A DNA stretch of 54,387 bases from Christensenella sp. (GCF_034927525.1 NZ_JAYFPU010000206.1:1-54387); one strand, 5' to 3'; shown: positions 38,533 through 47,523, counted from the stretch's first letter. Notes: generated by a model not told the origin, from the sequence alone. Made by a program: numbers and translations.

Positions 38533-39972
38533 TTACATACCGAAGCCGTTGCCCCATTCCTCAGCGCGTCTTGCGTATTCCTCAACAACGGACGCTGGCA
38601 GGTCTTTGTTTGTTGTGATCAGGCCTTTGCCATGCAGCTCTTTTTGAAGTTCCGATACATTGATCTGGCTCGGCATGACGCCTTGCTTCGCTGCCATTGC
38701 CGCCGCTGTTCCTGCTGCCTGTCCTGTGCATACGCTTGGCGTGCAATACCGCAGCGCCGCCCATGTGATTAGGTCCATCGAGCCTGCGCCGCCCGCTGCC
38801 ATCAGGTTTCCAAAATCCTTGGAAACAAGGCTGCGGTACGGGATATCGTAAGGCGTTACGTCAAATTTGAAGTGGTGCCCGCCGTCCGGGAAGAACGGAT
38901 CCGGCGGCATGTTGCAGCACGCGATCGAATCTTCAAACGTTTTTGCGCCGCGCATATCATCTTCTGTCACTGTATAGTTCCCGACGATCCTGTGACCGTC
39001 CCTGTGCAGCAGCTTGCTCGCCGTCTGTTCGACTGTCGCGTTTTCAAAGCCCGGCACATGCTTTTTGAGCAGGTTCAGGATGGAGAACGCCTGTTTCCTG
39101 AGGTCTACTGTCGCAAGCGAAATCTGTTCCGCTTCCCACGGATGGTGTCCCTTTTCGATCGGGTATCCGGGGCTTAACATCCATACCCGTCCATCCTCGT
39201 ATTCCTGGAAGATGCAGCTGTTGCGGAAAGAATAGAGCTCGCCCGTCTTCTTTGCTTCCGTAAAGAGCTTCCTGCCCTTTACCCAGTCGGCCCATTCCTC
39301 TGGGTTTGCTTCTGCGAACGCACGGAATTTGGGATAATCCAGCCCACGTATAAAGTAGCCGTACCCAAACGCCATGTGCATGCCCTTGTACGGGCCGTAC
39401 GTATCGTCTTTGTAGCCTTCCTCGCCTGTTACGGAAGCGCCCGCCTTCCACGCCAGATCGGCAATGCCCGTACAATCGATGACCGTCTTCGCGAGGATCG
39501 CATGGCGTCCCTGCCAGCTTTCGATGATTACGCCTTTCAGCTCATTGCCTTCACGGATACCATCCACCGCGAACGCGTGGTACAAAAGCTGTACGCCTGC
39601 TTCGCCCATCATGTTTTCAAGCATCAATTTGTAATATTCAGGATCAAAGTAAAAGCATCCCTCGTCTGCGCTCCAGTGTGCCTTTTTGGAACCGACACTC
39701 GGCTTGTATACCGCGCCGCCCTCGTGCAATTTGTCGATGATTTCCTGGATCAGTCCACCCTGTATACGGTCGTCGATAAAGGAGAACGAGTCGTTGAACG
39801 TGAGTGTCTGGCATCCTCCCAGACAGTTGAACCTCTCGATCAGCACTGTTTTTGCTCCCGAACGCCCTGCTCCCAGCGCCGCGCCGATCCCCGCTGCGCC
39901 GCCGCCGATCACGACAACATCAGCCTCGCATAAAACCGGTACTTCCCTGCTTGCTTCCGTTACTGTTTTCAT
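38533..39972 (-). CDS. FAD-dependent oxidoreductase, IbeA-like (paralogue 1)
   Basis: VVVIGGGAAG, IDCTG, YDIPYR, TGQAAG. Start moved to MKTVTEASRE (39972) by alignment with paralogues. Confidence 0.88.
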   Translation of the reverse strand: MKTVTEASREVPVLCEADVVVIGGGAAGIGAALGAGRSGAKTVLIERFNCLGGCQTLTFNDSFSFIDDRIQGGLIQEIIDKLHEGGAVYKPSVGSKKAHWSADEGCFYFDPEYYKLMLENMMGEAGVQLLYHAFAVDGIREGNELKGVIIESWQGRHAILAKTVIDCTGIADLAWKAGASVTGEEGYKDDTYGPYKGMHMAFGYGYFIRGLDYPKFRAFAEANPEEWADWVKGRKLFTEAKKTGELYSFRNSCIFQEYEDGRVWMLSPGYPIEKGHHPWEAEQISLATVDLRKQAFSILNLLKKHVPGFENATVEQTASKLLHRDGHRIVGNYTVTEDDMRGAKTFEDSIACCNMPPDPFFPDGGHHFKFDVTPYDIPYRSLVSKDFGNLMAAGGAGSMDLITWAALRYCTPSVCTGQAAGTAAAMAAKQGVMPSQINVSELQKELHGKGLITTNKDLPASVVEEYARRAEEWGNGFGM

Positions 39973-40118
39973 TTTTTCTTTTCCTTTCCTGCATCGCTTT
40001 TGTCCCACTATCCCGTATCTTGCGTATGAGAAAGAACACTGTAGTTATTTTGTGCTTTTCTCACTACAATTTACGGATTTTCCTTTATGTAAGTTCCACT
40101 GGTTGAAAGTTCTGGTCG

Positions 40119-40748
40119 TTATTGTTTCTGCTTTACAAAGCTGTCAAAAATAACACTGATCGCTACAGCGCCCGCATCCGGATAATCGATACTTCGTTCG
40201 CCAAGGTATGACGCGCGTCCCTTGCTCGCGACGATCTTTTTCGTGTCTTCCGCGCCCTGTGCCGCGCTTTTTGCCGCTTGTGCCACCGCGTCTGCAAGCG
40301 GTTTGCCTTCATCCACCGCCTTTTGCATTGCCTGCTGCGCCGGAATCAGCGCGTCAAGCAGAGTCTTATCCCCCAATTTTGCGCCACCGCGCTTTTGTAT
40401 TCCTTCGATCGCCGCGCCAATCATCTCCGGAACGTCCTGCTCTGTAACCGTCTCTTTTCCTTTAACGCACAGTGCCGCCGCGCGGAATCCCGAACCCCAG
40501 ATGGGGCCGGATGCGCCGCCGCAATATTCTGTGATGATCATCGCACAACCCTTCACAAACTGGCTCACGTCAGCTGTATCGATCTGGTCAAGCTGCTTCT
40601 GCACTTCCCGAAACCCCTTGGAAAGCGACATACCAAAATCCCCGTCGCCCGCCGCGCTGTCAAGGTCACAAAAATATACTTCATTTTGAATGATGACGTC
40701 GCACAATTTTGCGATCACATTTTTTACGTCTGAAACTGTAATGTCCAT
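40119..40748 (-). CDS. dhaL: Dihydroxyacetone kinase subunit L
   Basis: LDSAAGDGDFG, GGASGP, GDKTLLDAL, KGRASYLGERS, DAGA. Confidence 0.93.
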   Translation of the reverse strand: MDITVSDVKNVIAKLCDVIIQNEVYFCDLDSAAGDGDFGMSLSKGFREVQKQLDQIDTADVSQFVKGCAMIITEYCGGASGPIWGSGFRAAALCVKGKETVTEQDVPEMIGAAIEGIQKRGGAKLGDKTLLDALIPAQQAMQKAVDEGKPLADAVAQAAKSAAQGAEDTKKIVASKGRASYLGERSIDYPDAGAVAISVIFDSFVKQKQ

Positions 40749-40759
40749 TCCTTCACCCC

Positions 40760-41749
40760 TCATATCTTCAGCGCAAGCGTATCAGCCGGGCTGTCAAGCA
40801 GCTTTTTTAATTCTTCGTCCAGTTTGAGCACCGTCACCGATGCGCCCGCCATATCAAGCGAGGTCATATAATTGCCCACGATCACTTCGTGCATCTGGAT
40901 TTTTCTCTGCTGCAACTCCCGGCATATATCTTTGTTCAGAATATACAGCTCCATCAGCGGCGTACCGCCGAGACCGTTTATGAGCAGCGCACATTCGTCT
41001 TTTTGTTTTAGCTTCAGTTCCTCGCACAGCATATCGCACATACGCTTTGCGATCCGCAGCGACGACGTCGCCTCGCAGCGTTCGATGCCCGGTTCCCCGT
41101 GGATGCCTACGCCGAATTCCATTTCTTCTTCCGCGATCTCAAACGTCGGCGTACCCTTGGCAGGCACGGTACAGGACGTCAGCGCAAAACCGATCGTTTT
41201 GGCATTTTCGATCACCTTTTCTGCGATCCGTTTGACTTCCTGCAAGTCTTTTCCCGCTTCCGCGGCAGCCCCGGCGATCTTGTGGACAAATACCGTTCCG
41301 GCAACGCCCCTGCGGCCGATCGTATACAGGCTATCCTGTACCGCGATATCGTCGTTCACATACACGCATTCTACTTCGATACCGTCTTCGATCGCCATTT
41401 CTGCCGCCGCATCAAAATTCATGCAGTCGCCTGAATAATTTTTGACGATCAACAGCGTTCCCGCGTCGCTCTCCGTTTGCAGGATCGCGTTGTATACCTG
41501 TATCGTGGACGGCGATGCAAATACGTCTCCGCACACCGCGGCGCTCAGCATGCCTTCGCCCACAAAACCCGCGTGTGCCGGTTCGTGACCGCTTCCGCCC
41601 CCCGAAATCAGGCACACCTTGCTCTTATCAAGGTTTTTTCGTTTGACCACCCGATACCTTTCATTCAATTCCAGGTTGTCATCCGCCAGTATGATCCCCT
41701 CACACATTTCGTCCACAACGGATACAACCTCGTTCATGATCTTTTTCAT
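40760..41749 (-). CDS. dhaK: Dihydroxyacetone kinase subunit K
   Basis: SGGGSGHEPAHAGFVG, KNYSGD, GRRGVAG, GVGIHGEPG, TSLDMAG. Confidence 0.95.
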   Translation of the reverse strand: MKKIMNEVVSVVDEMCEGIILADDNLELNERYRVVKRKNLDKSKVCLISGGGSGHEPAHAGFVGEGMLSAAVCGDVFASPSTIQVYNAILQTESDAGTLLIVKNYSGDCMNFDAAAEMAIEDGIEVECVYVNDDIAVQDSLYTIGRRGVAGTVFVHKIAGAAAEAGKDLQEVKRIAEKVIENAKTIGFALTSCTVPAKGTPTFEIAEEEMEFGVGIHGEPGIERCEATSSLRIAKRMCDMLCEELKLKQKDECALLINGLGGTPLMELYILNKDICRELQQRKIQMHEVIVGNYMTSLDMAGASVTVLKLDEELKKLLDSPADTLALKI

Positions 41750-42832
41750 TTACCAAGTCCTCCCAATGATGTCTGCAGTGCGGATGGCTGCCGCAACGTC
41801 TTTCGGTGTTACCTCAAACGGCATATTATCCATCGTCTCCAAATCAGAACACGCGTGCGTCGCAACCTTCATCAGCCTCTCGTCGTCAAGCTCCTCCACG
41901 CCAAGGTCTGCAAGGCACACCGGCAGCGACAGCGAACGGCAGAAGTCCAGCACTTCTATCAACGTTTCTTCATCCGTATTTTCAAGCACCAGCTGTACCA
42001 GTGTTCCGAACGCAACCTTTTCCCCGTGGAAATAATGATGTGTTTCTTCCAATACCGTAAGCCCGTCATGCACCGCGTGTGCCGCCGCAAGTCCGCTGCT
42101 CTCGAACCCAAGTCCGGAAAGCAGGATATTTGTCTCAATGATATTCTCAAGCGCTTTTGTCACTACATTTGCATCACATGCCGCCTTTGCCTTATGCCCG
42201 TCTTCAAGCAACGTAGCATAACACGTCTCTGCGATCGCGGCTGCCGCGATCGTGCTGAATCCGCCCGACATGTTGGGCTTGTTTGCCTTGATGCAGGCGC
42301 GCGCTTCAAACACGGTCGCAAGCGCGTCCCCCATGCCCGAGATCAAAAACCTTGTCGGCGCTTTGGCAACGATGCCGGAATCCACCAGTACGAGGTCAGG
42401 ATTTTTGGGAAGGTGCATATACCGTTCGAATTCGCCGTTCTGCGTATAAATAATGGCAAGCGCGCTTGTCGGCGCGTCTGTCGAGGCGATCGTCGGGACA
42501 ATGATGACCGGTTTTTTTGTCAGCGTGCTTGTCGCCTTTGCTGTATCAAGCGCTTTTCCGCCGCCAAGGCCGATCACAACATCCGCGTCTTCGCGTCTCA
42601 CAAGCTCCACGACCCTGCCTATTTCCGCATCGCACGATTCTCCGGAAAAAGCGGCATGTACGTAGTCTGTGTCGCTCAGGCTCTCGTCCAATATATCTTG
42701 CACCCGTGCAAAATCGTCCGGATGCGCAACCAATATGGCCTTCTTGCCAAAGCCGGCCACATACTCGCCCAGTTTCTTAAGCTCGCCCTCTCCCTGTACG
42801 AATTTTGAGGGAGAAATAAAACTTCTTGTCAT
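41750..42832 (-). CDS. gldA: Glycerol dehydrogenase
   Basis: GLGGGKALD, PTIASTDAP, GMGDALAT.FEA, LSGLGFES.GLAAAHA.HDG, HGEKVAFG. Confidence 0.94.
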   Translation of the reverse strand: MTRSFISPSKFVQGEGELKKLGEYVAGFGKKAILVAHPDDFARVQDILDESLSDTDYVHAAFSGESCDAEIGRVVELVRREDADVVIGLGGGKALDTAKATSTLTKKPVIIVPTIASTDAPTSALAIIYTQNGEFERYMHLPKNPDLVLVDSGIVAKAPTRFLISGMGDALATVFEARACIKANKPNMSGGFSTIAAAAIAETCYATLLEDGHKAKAACDANVVTKALENIIETNILLSGLGFESSGLAAAHAVHDGLTVLEETHHYFHGEKVAFGTLVQLVLENTDEETLIEVLDFCRSLSLPVCLADLGVEELDDERLMKVATHACSDLETMDNMPFEVTPKDVAAAIRTADIIGRTW

Positions 42833-43141
42833 AATCTGTCACTCCTTTTTATTATTTGCCCATAATTTTTATCATGATTTTTTAATAAAATCTTTGATAC
42901 GATAAATTGAATGAAAGAGTGGTTCCTGTATTTATTGTTTTTTCAGTAGATATTGGATATTGTTTCCCGATATACCGGCTGATGGAAGGTGCAAATGCGG
43001 TATTCGGTTTGTTGGTGTAGTGCCATTATAACTCCCAAAAATTCAAAAGGCATTATACAACTATGACCTGATTTTGTAATTATTCATCGTAAAATATTGC
43101 CTTCCATGGCTGTTATGGTAGTTTTTTGACTGTAAAATTTG

Positions 43142-44176
43142 TCACTTCATGTACTTTCTGAACATTGCAGGGGTGATGCCCTCATGCTTTTTAAATAACT
43201 TGATAAAGTAACCAGAATCGCTGAACCCAAGATCGTTGGAGATGTCAGTTACCGACAAACTGGTGTTTTCCAGCATGTTTTTTGCAATCGTCATCTTAAA
43301 ATCTGTCACATAGTCCGAGAAATTTTTTCCCATCTCTTTTTTGAACAAACGGCTTAAATAGCTTGGACTGGTATGGGATAACTTTGCCATTTGCGACAGC
43401 ATGATGTTTTCATGTTTGTTGTTGTAGATGTACTCGATGACAGGTTTAAGGATCGGATGCTTGGACGAGCTGATCGCTTGGGGCTCGCCGGATTTTACTT
43501 GCTTGCTCATGATCGCTTTTGCCACCTGATCCTTAATATTGATCATTGCATCCAGTGATGTGTCTGTGAAGTCTGCCCCCGCGGAAGCACTTTCCGAGAC
43601 GTTCCCCAAAATTTTTCCATACGTCTCGTTCATCGCGCTTTTACTGATCGCCTCTCCCACAATATAATTACAAAGGTGAAGCAGCAGGTTGATCCCTGCG
43701 TTAATCCGCTGCATGGAAATTTTGGGTATCCGCTCAAATTTTTTGCGGAGCGACTCGCTTTGATCGATAAAACTGTTTTCATAAGCAGACATCAGTATCT
43801 TTTCCAAATTATCTGCCATGCTCGCCTGTTCCGCCATGACCTGCCCCGCCATAACCGCGCCGATATATTTATCATCGATCACGATGGGGATCGCGACATC
43901 CACAATATTACAATGGCACAAATACATAAAAGGCTTGTTGAGCCGCGCGGCCTCGATGCCTCCCCGCGAATCGCATTTCTGGCAATATTTAGCCGTCTCC
44001 GGATTTTTCCTTACTGTCGCACAAAATTCCGTACAGCCGCTGTGTTTTGTGACGGGCGCTCCCTTATAATCCACAATCAAAATTGCCATACCCGTGACGA
44101 TCGCCAGTTCATCCTGGATTTTTTGCCATTGTTCCAGATCTAAAATGCTGCGGATATTCAATAAATTACTGTTCAA
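43142..44176 (-). CDS. PocR ligand-binding/AraC family transcriptional regulator
   Basis: PocR sensor (HS..T.FC..VR......C..CD..GG.EA...Y.CH) plus AraC HTH (YLSRLFKKE, GFSDSGYF.KLFKK.EG.TP). TTG 44176 has GGAGGT 7 nt upstream. Confidence 0.88.
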   Translation of the reverse strand: MNSNLLNIRSILDLEQWQKIQDELAIVTGMAILIVDYKGAPVTKHSGCTEFCATVRKNPETAKYCQKCDSRGGIEAARLNKPFMYLCHCNIVDVAIPIVIDDKYIGAVMAGQVMAEQASMADNLEKILMSAYENSFIDQSESLRKKFERIPKISMQRINAGINLLLHLCNYIVGEAISKSAMNETYGKILGNVSESASAGADFTDTSLDAMINIKDQVAKAIMSKQVKSGEPQAISSSKHPILKPVIEYIYNNKHENIMLSQMAKLSHTSPSYLSRLFKKEMGKNFSDYVTDFKMTIAKNMLENTSLSVTDISNDLGFSDSGYFIKLFKKHEGITPAMFRKYMK

Positions 44177-44923
44177 TAATCTTACCTCCAGACATTTTGT
44201 GCAGCAAAACAAACTGTTCTGCGCAACTTTTTTCCACTTGGAACAAACAGATTCGTATGAAAGCAAAATATTGTTTTGAAATCTCGTGGAATTTATGAAG
44301 GGGAGCAATTTTTGTTAAAATTTGTGTCGGTGTTCTTTCATTATAGACTATGTCATTTTTAAAGTACTCGTACCCAAATGACATAAAAAAGTAGTTTTGA
44401 ATCGTATTTTTATGACCTTGTTTGAAAAGAACGGTAATATTTTGACCGTCATAATTTTGAAATGCGCGCTAAAAAGCCAAAACCACCCTATCCCTTTTGT
44501 TGGCTCATGTTCGTTTTGATGCGTTGTTCAATTATTTTTGTCGAAATCTAACGATTATAAAAAGATTTTGCTTTAAATCGCAAGTAAATTTTATTATACC
44601 TGTTTCCCGCTTTGTATCCAACAAAAAAAATTGTAGATGTCCGTATTTACAGCCTTATATTTAGGGATGCAAAAAAATTTGTTCTGCTTCATTATAATAT
44701 CGCGCGAATCGTTTGTCCGCGCATGCGATCCTGTCATTCTGAGCCACCAGTTCCGGTTCGCTGAACGATTCATATATTCCTGATTCAAAAAGATAGATCA
44801 GCTTCGATGGAGGAAAGTATCATTCATTTTTTACCTCGCGTTGAATAGTGTTAAACACCGTCAGGATACTTATACATTAGAATCAAGTCATGGTAAATAC
44901 TATTCAACAAAAAAGAGGCAAAT

Positions 44924-45169
44924 ATGTTTAAAATAAAAGCCCCAGATGGCACAAATAATCTCTGTGGAAAAAATGTAAAACGCTTACGCGAAAACTATAA
45001 TCCGCCGCTTTCTCAAAGGGCTTTAGCGAAAAAATTACAACTGGCCGGATATGATGTGGATAATCATTTTATTCGTAGGGTAGAGCTTGGGGAGCGGTTT
45101 GTCACGGATATTGAAATTAAAATGTTGGCGGAATGCTTTCAGGTATCGACGGACGCATTGTTAAGATAA
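44924..45169 (+). CDS. Small XRE/Cro-family HTH protein
   Basis: N.CG..VKRLRE...SQRALA.KLQ..G......RVELGER...VSTDALL. Confidence 0.82.
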   Translation: MFKIKAPDGTNNLCGKNVKRLRENYNPPLSQRALAKKLQLAGYDVDNHFIRRVELGERFVTDIEIKMLAECFQVSTDALLR

Positions 45170-45248
45170 ATAACAGGGCTGAACACTTCGGTTCGCGCTT
45201 GAAAGTATCATTCGATTTTTATTTGCCCTTTTAAACAAGGAGCACGCT

Positions 45249-45497
45249 ATGAAAACAAGGAAACTGCCGCTTGGTGATCGCAATATGATTGGCGCACGGG
45301 TAACAATCGCGCGAAAAGAACTTGGGATAAAGCAAGTGGAACTTTTAAGCAAACTTCAAACTGTCGGAATTGATATTAGTGTCCCCGCTCTTTCACTGTT
45401 AGAAGGTCAGAAACGACCTGAATCGGATTTAGAACTGAATGCACTTGCAAATATTTTGAATGTATCTGTCGATTGGTTGATGGGTAGAGATAGTTAA
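45249..45497 (+). CDS. Small XRE/Cro-family HTH protein
   Basis: N.IGARV..ARKE.G..Q..L..KLQ..G......LLEGQKR...VSVDWLM; AAGGAG SD. Confidence 0.85.
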   Translation: MKTRKLPLGDRNMIGARVTIARKELGIKQVELLSKLQTVGIDISVPALSLLEGQKRPESDLELNALANILNVSVDWLMGRDS

Positions 45498-45621
45498 TGT
45501 GCCAGAAGAGATTGCGCGCGCTTCGCCTTCGGCTCGCCCTTGCATGAATCAACCCCAGGGTGCCTTCTCTTTGCCCTCCAGGTAAATTCACCTTGCCGGT
45601 GGGGGCTATTCTTGGTGTGCC
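45498..45621 (-). repeat. Fragments of the tRNA-Arg 3' end (att-like) flanking a GC-rich spacer
   Basis: TGTGCCAGAAGAGATT (45498-45513) matches 47592-47607 at 15/16; TGGTGTGCC (45613-45621) equals 47589-47597. Confidence 0.5.
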
Positions 45622-45696
45622 GAACATATAAAAATGCCTCTATTATGCGTTTTGTCTTGTTTCACTGTTAATGAACAGTAAGTGCCGCTTCATGAC

Positions 45697-46548
45697 CTAT
45701 TCATGCTTTGCGCCATTCCCGCCTGAGCCGTGTCCATTTCCATTGTAATTTCCATTCCCATGATTGCCATCGTTACCATTGCCATTTCCCTGACCGCCCC
45801 CACTGCCTTGTCCTTGACCATCTCCGTTGCCCTGTCCTTGTGCATTATCCAAATCCTGATTCGCATTTCCATCCTGATGATGCCGTATTTCCTGCCGTAT
45901 TTCTCTTGTGCTATGGTGGGCGTATTCCTCAACCGTAACAGTCGAATCGTACTCCTGCAATTCCTGAATTGCCTTGTACTTCCCGGGGGATATACCGTGT
46001 TGGTGTGCTTCGTTCCACTCATCGCCGTTCACGGCATAGCAAGCGGTGTTTTGTAGCCCAACAGCATTTTCTGCGTAGCTTTCAGATTGTTGTAAAAGGG
46101 TTTTCTGTTGTATCCCATCGTTGCTTTGCACGGCAAATACAATATCCGAGCCATCTTGCAAATACCCAAGTTTTTGTTCTGAACCTATAATTAGATTGAG
46201 CGCATCAGTATATTTTAAGTTTTGTATTTTAATCCCGGAAAGGACGGCTTCCCCATCCTCGTTTTTTGCGACAGCATCCACAACTCGATCAAACCTGTTC
46301 ACAGAAAGTTCGATACTGGGATTCACGTCTATGCTAATATAAGCTGTTTGTGATGTGTACAGTACACCTCCAACTACCATTAGCACGAAGGCGCAGGCTA
46401 CTCCAGCAACAATTCCCAAAGCACGCCCAAATGAGCGGGGTTTTCTCTGTGTTGTTTTTCTTGTGACAGCTTCTATTGTCTTTTGAACCAACTCATCTTC
46501 GGCCTTGATTTCAGAAAAAGCATCTTTTATTCTATTCACCCAGCTCAC
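45697..46548 (-). CDS. RsgI-like anti-sigma factor with Gly/Asn-rich tail
   Basis: Single TM helix followed by YISIDVNPSIELSVNRFDRV....NEDG, the RsgI juxtamembrane signature; overlaps the ECF sigma gene. Confidence 0.75.
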   Translation of the reverse strand: MSWVNRIKDAFSEIKAEDELVQKTIEAVTRKTTQRKPRSFGRALGIVAGVACAFVLMVVGGVLYTSQTAYISIDVNPSIELSVNRFDRVVDAVAKNEDGEAVLSGIKIQNLKYTDALNLIIGSEQKLGYLQDGSDIVFAVQSNDGIQQKTLLQQSESYAENAVGLQNTACYAVNGDEWNEAHQHGISPGKYKAIQELQEYDSTVTVEEYAHHSTREIRQEIRHHQDGNANQDLDNAQGQGNGDGQGQGSGGGQGNGNGNDGNHGNGNYNGNGHGSGGNGAKHE

Positions 46549-47011
46549 CTCCCAGCATCTGTTTTAATTTTTCCCTTGCGCGTCCCAGCCATGTATAGAC
46601 CGTGTTTATGTTTTTTCGGATCAATCTGGATATTTCCGGCGCGGTATATCCCTCATAATAATGCAGGTAGACGACTGTCCTGAATTTTTGCGGAAGCGCC
46701 AAAACCGCTTCCAATGTTTCCCTGTTATCATCCAAAACAGTGGACGGCAGGAAATGCAGTTCGTCAATTGAAGTATTCCTGCGGGCGGAGTTCTTTAACA
46801 CATCCTTACACCGATTGATACATACACGGATCAGCCACGCCCTGACATGGTTTTCATTTTCAAAGTTCTGTTTGCATTGTGCATATTTTAAGAAGACGTC
46901 CTGAAAGACGTCTTCTGTATCCGCATCGTTTTTAAGATACACGAAGCAGATTCTGCGAATATTGTCAGAATAGGTTTGTATCGTTTTCACAATATCTGCT
47001 TCGCTGCGCAT
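46532..47011 (-). CDS. ECF RNA polymerase sigma factor
   Basis: DTEDVFQDVFLK, AWLIRV..N.C.D (region 2); LP..FR.VV.L.YYEG....EIS......NTV.T.L.RAR (region 4). Confidence 0.92.
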   Translation of the reverse strand: MRSEADIVKTIQTYSDNIRRICFVYLKNDADTEDVFQDVFLKYAQCKQNFENENHVRAWLIRVCINRCKDVLKNSARRNTSIDELHFLPSTVLDDNRETLEAVLALPQKFRTVVYLHYYEGYTAPEISRLIRKNINTVYTWLGRAREKLKQMLGGELGE

Positions 47012-47022
47012 AAATACCTTGT

Positions 47023-47460
47023 TTAGTGGTGCCGCCCACCATGGTGACCTCCACGGGTGCCGTTACCTGTACCATTGCCGCCCGTGTTTCCAGAGTTTTG
47101 ACTGCCTGCATTCTTATTGCCTGTTTGACTCCCCGTTCCGTCTTGAGGCCTCTCACCATTGAACGGGCAATCATTATAGATGCATTCCCCACCATTCAAC
47201 CGCGGACATTCCTCGTTGGGGCAATCCTGATAGTATCTGCAATTTTCATTGGCGCAAGCACCCGCCTCACCTGTAAGCCTAGGACAATCTGGATAGGTAC
47301 ATTGTGTTTTCTGCGGCACTGATTGTGATGTCCCTGCATTTTGTCCCTTTCCGCCGCCGTTCCTGCCGCCCCTGTGCGACGCGGCAAAGGCTGTCCCTGC
47401 CGCCAGCACGATGCAAAGCACCACGGCAATACAAACGATCACTTTAGTCTTTCTTCTCAT
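47023..47460 (-). CDS. Small secreted Cys-rich, Gly-rich protein
   Basis: GGAGGTG SD; signal peptide ending AFA; eight Cys in C-x3/4-C(P) units; RPQDGTG; GGHHGGRHH tail. Confidence 0.72.
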   Translation of the reverse strand: MRRKTKVIVCIAVVLCIVLAAGTAFAASHRGGRNGGGKGQNAGTSQSVPQKTQCTYPDCPRLTGEAGACANENCRYYQDCPNEECPRLNGGECIYNDCPFNGERPQDGTGSQTGNKNAGSQNSGNTGGNGTGNGTRGGHHGGRHH

Positions 47461-47496
47461 TTTATCACACCTCCGTGAATTTAGTTTCACTATACA

Positions 47497-47523
47497 TACG
47501 ATTCAAAAGGTGTAATCCATTCA
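47497..47523 (-). promoter_or_regulatory. Putative ECF-type promoter
   Basis: TGAATG-17 bp-CGTA upstream of the three-gene operon; resembles SigW-like TGAAAC...CGTA. Confidence 0.35.

Noticed and set aside
31626-39972. Long nucleotide repeats suggesting a mobile element or DGR template/variable pair
   Set aside because: Explained by three intact paralogous genes; no reverse transcriptase or transposase nearby.
32556-42808. Long plus-strand ORFs 33223..34395, 37144..38475, 41477..42808
   Set aside because: Antisense shadows of the SBP, oxidoreductase and gldA/dhaK genes.
44594-44788. 64-aa minus-strand ORF
   Set aside because: TTG start, no recognisable motif, weak SD; cannot be supported.
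45700-45870. Short CCATT/CCTTG repeats
   Set aside because: Low-complexity coding for the Gly/Asn/Gln tail of the anti-sigma factor; no spacer structure.
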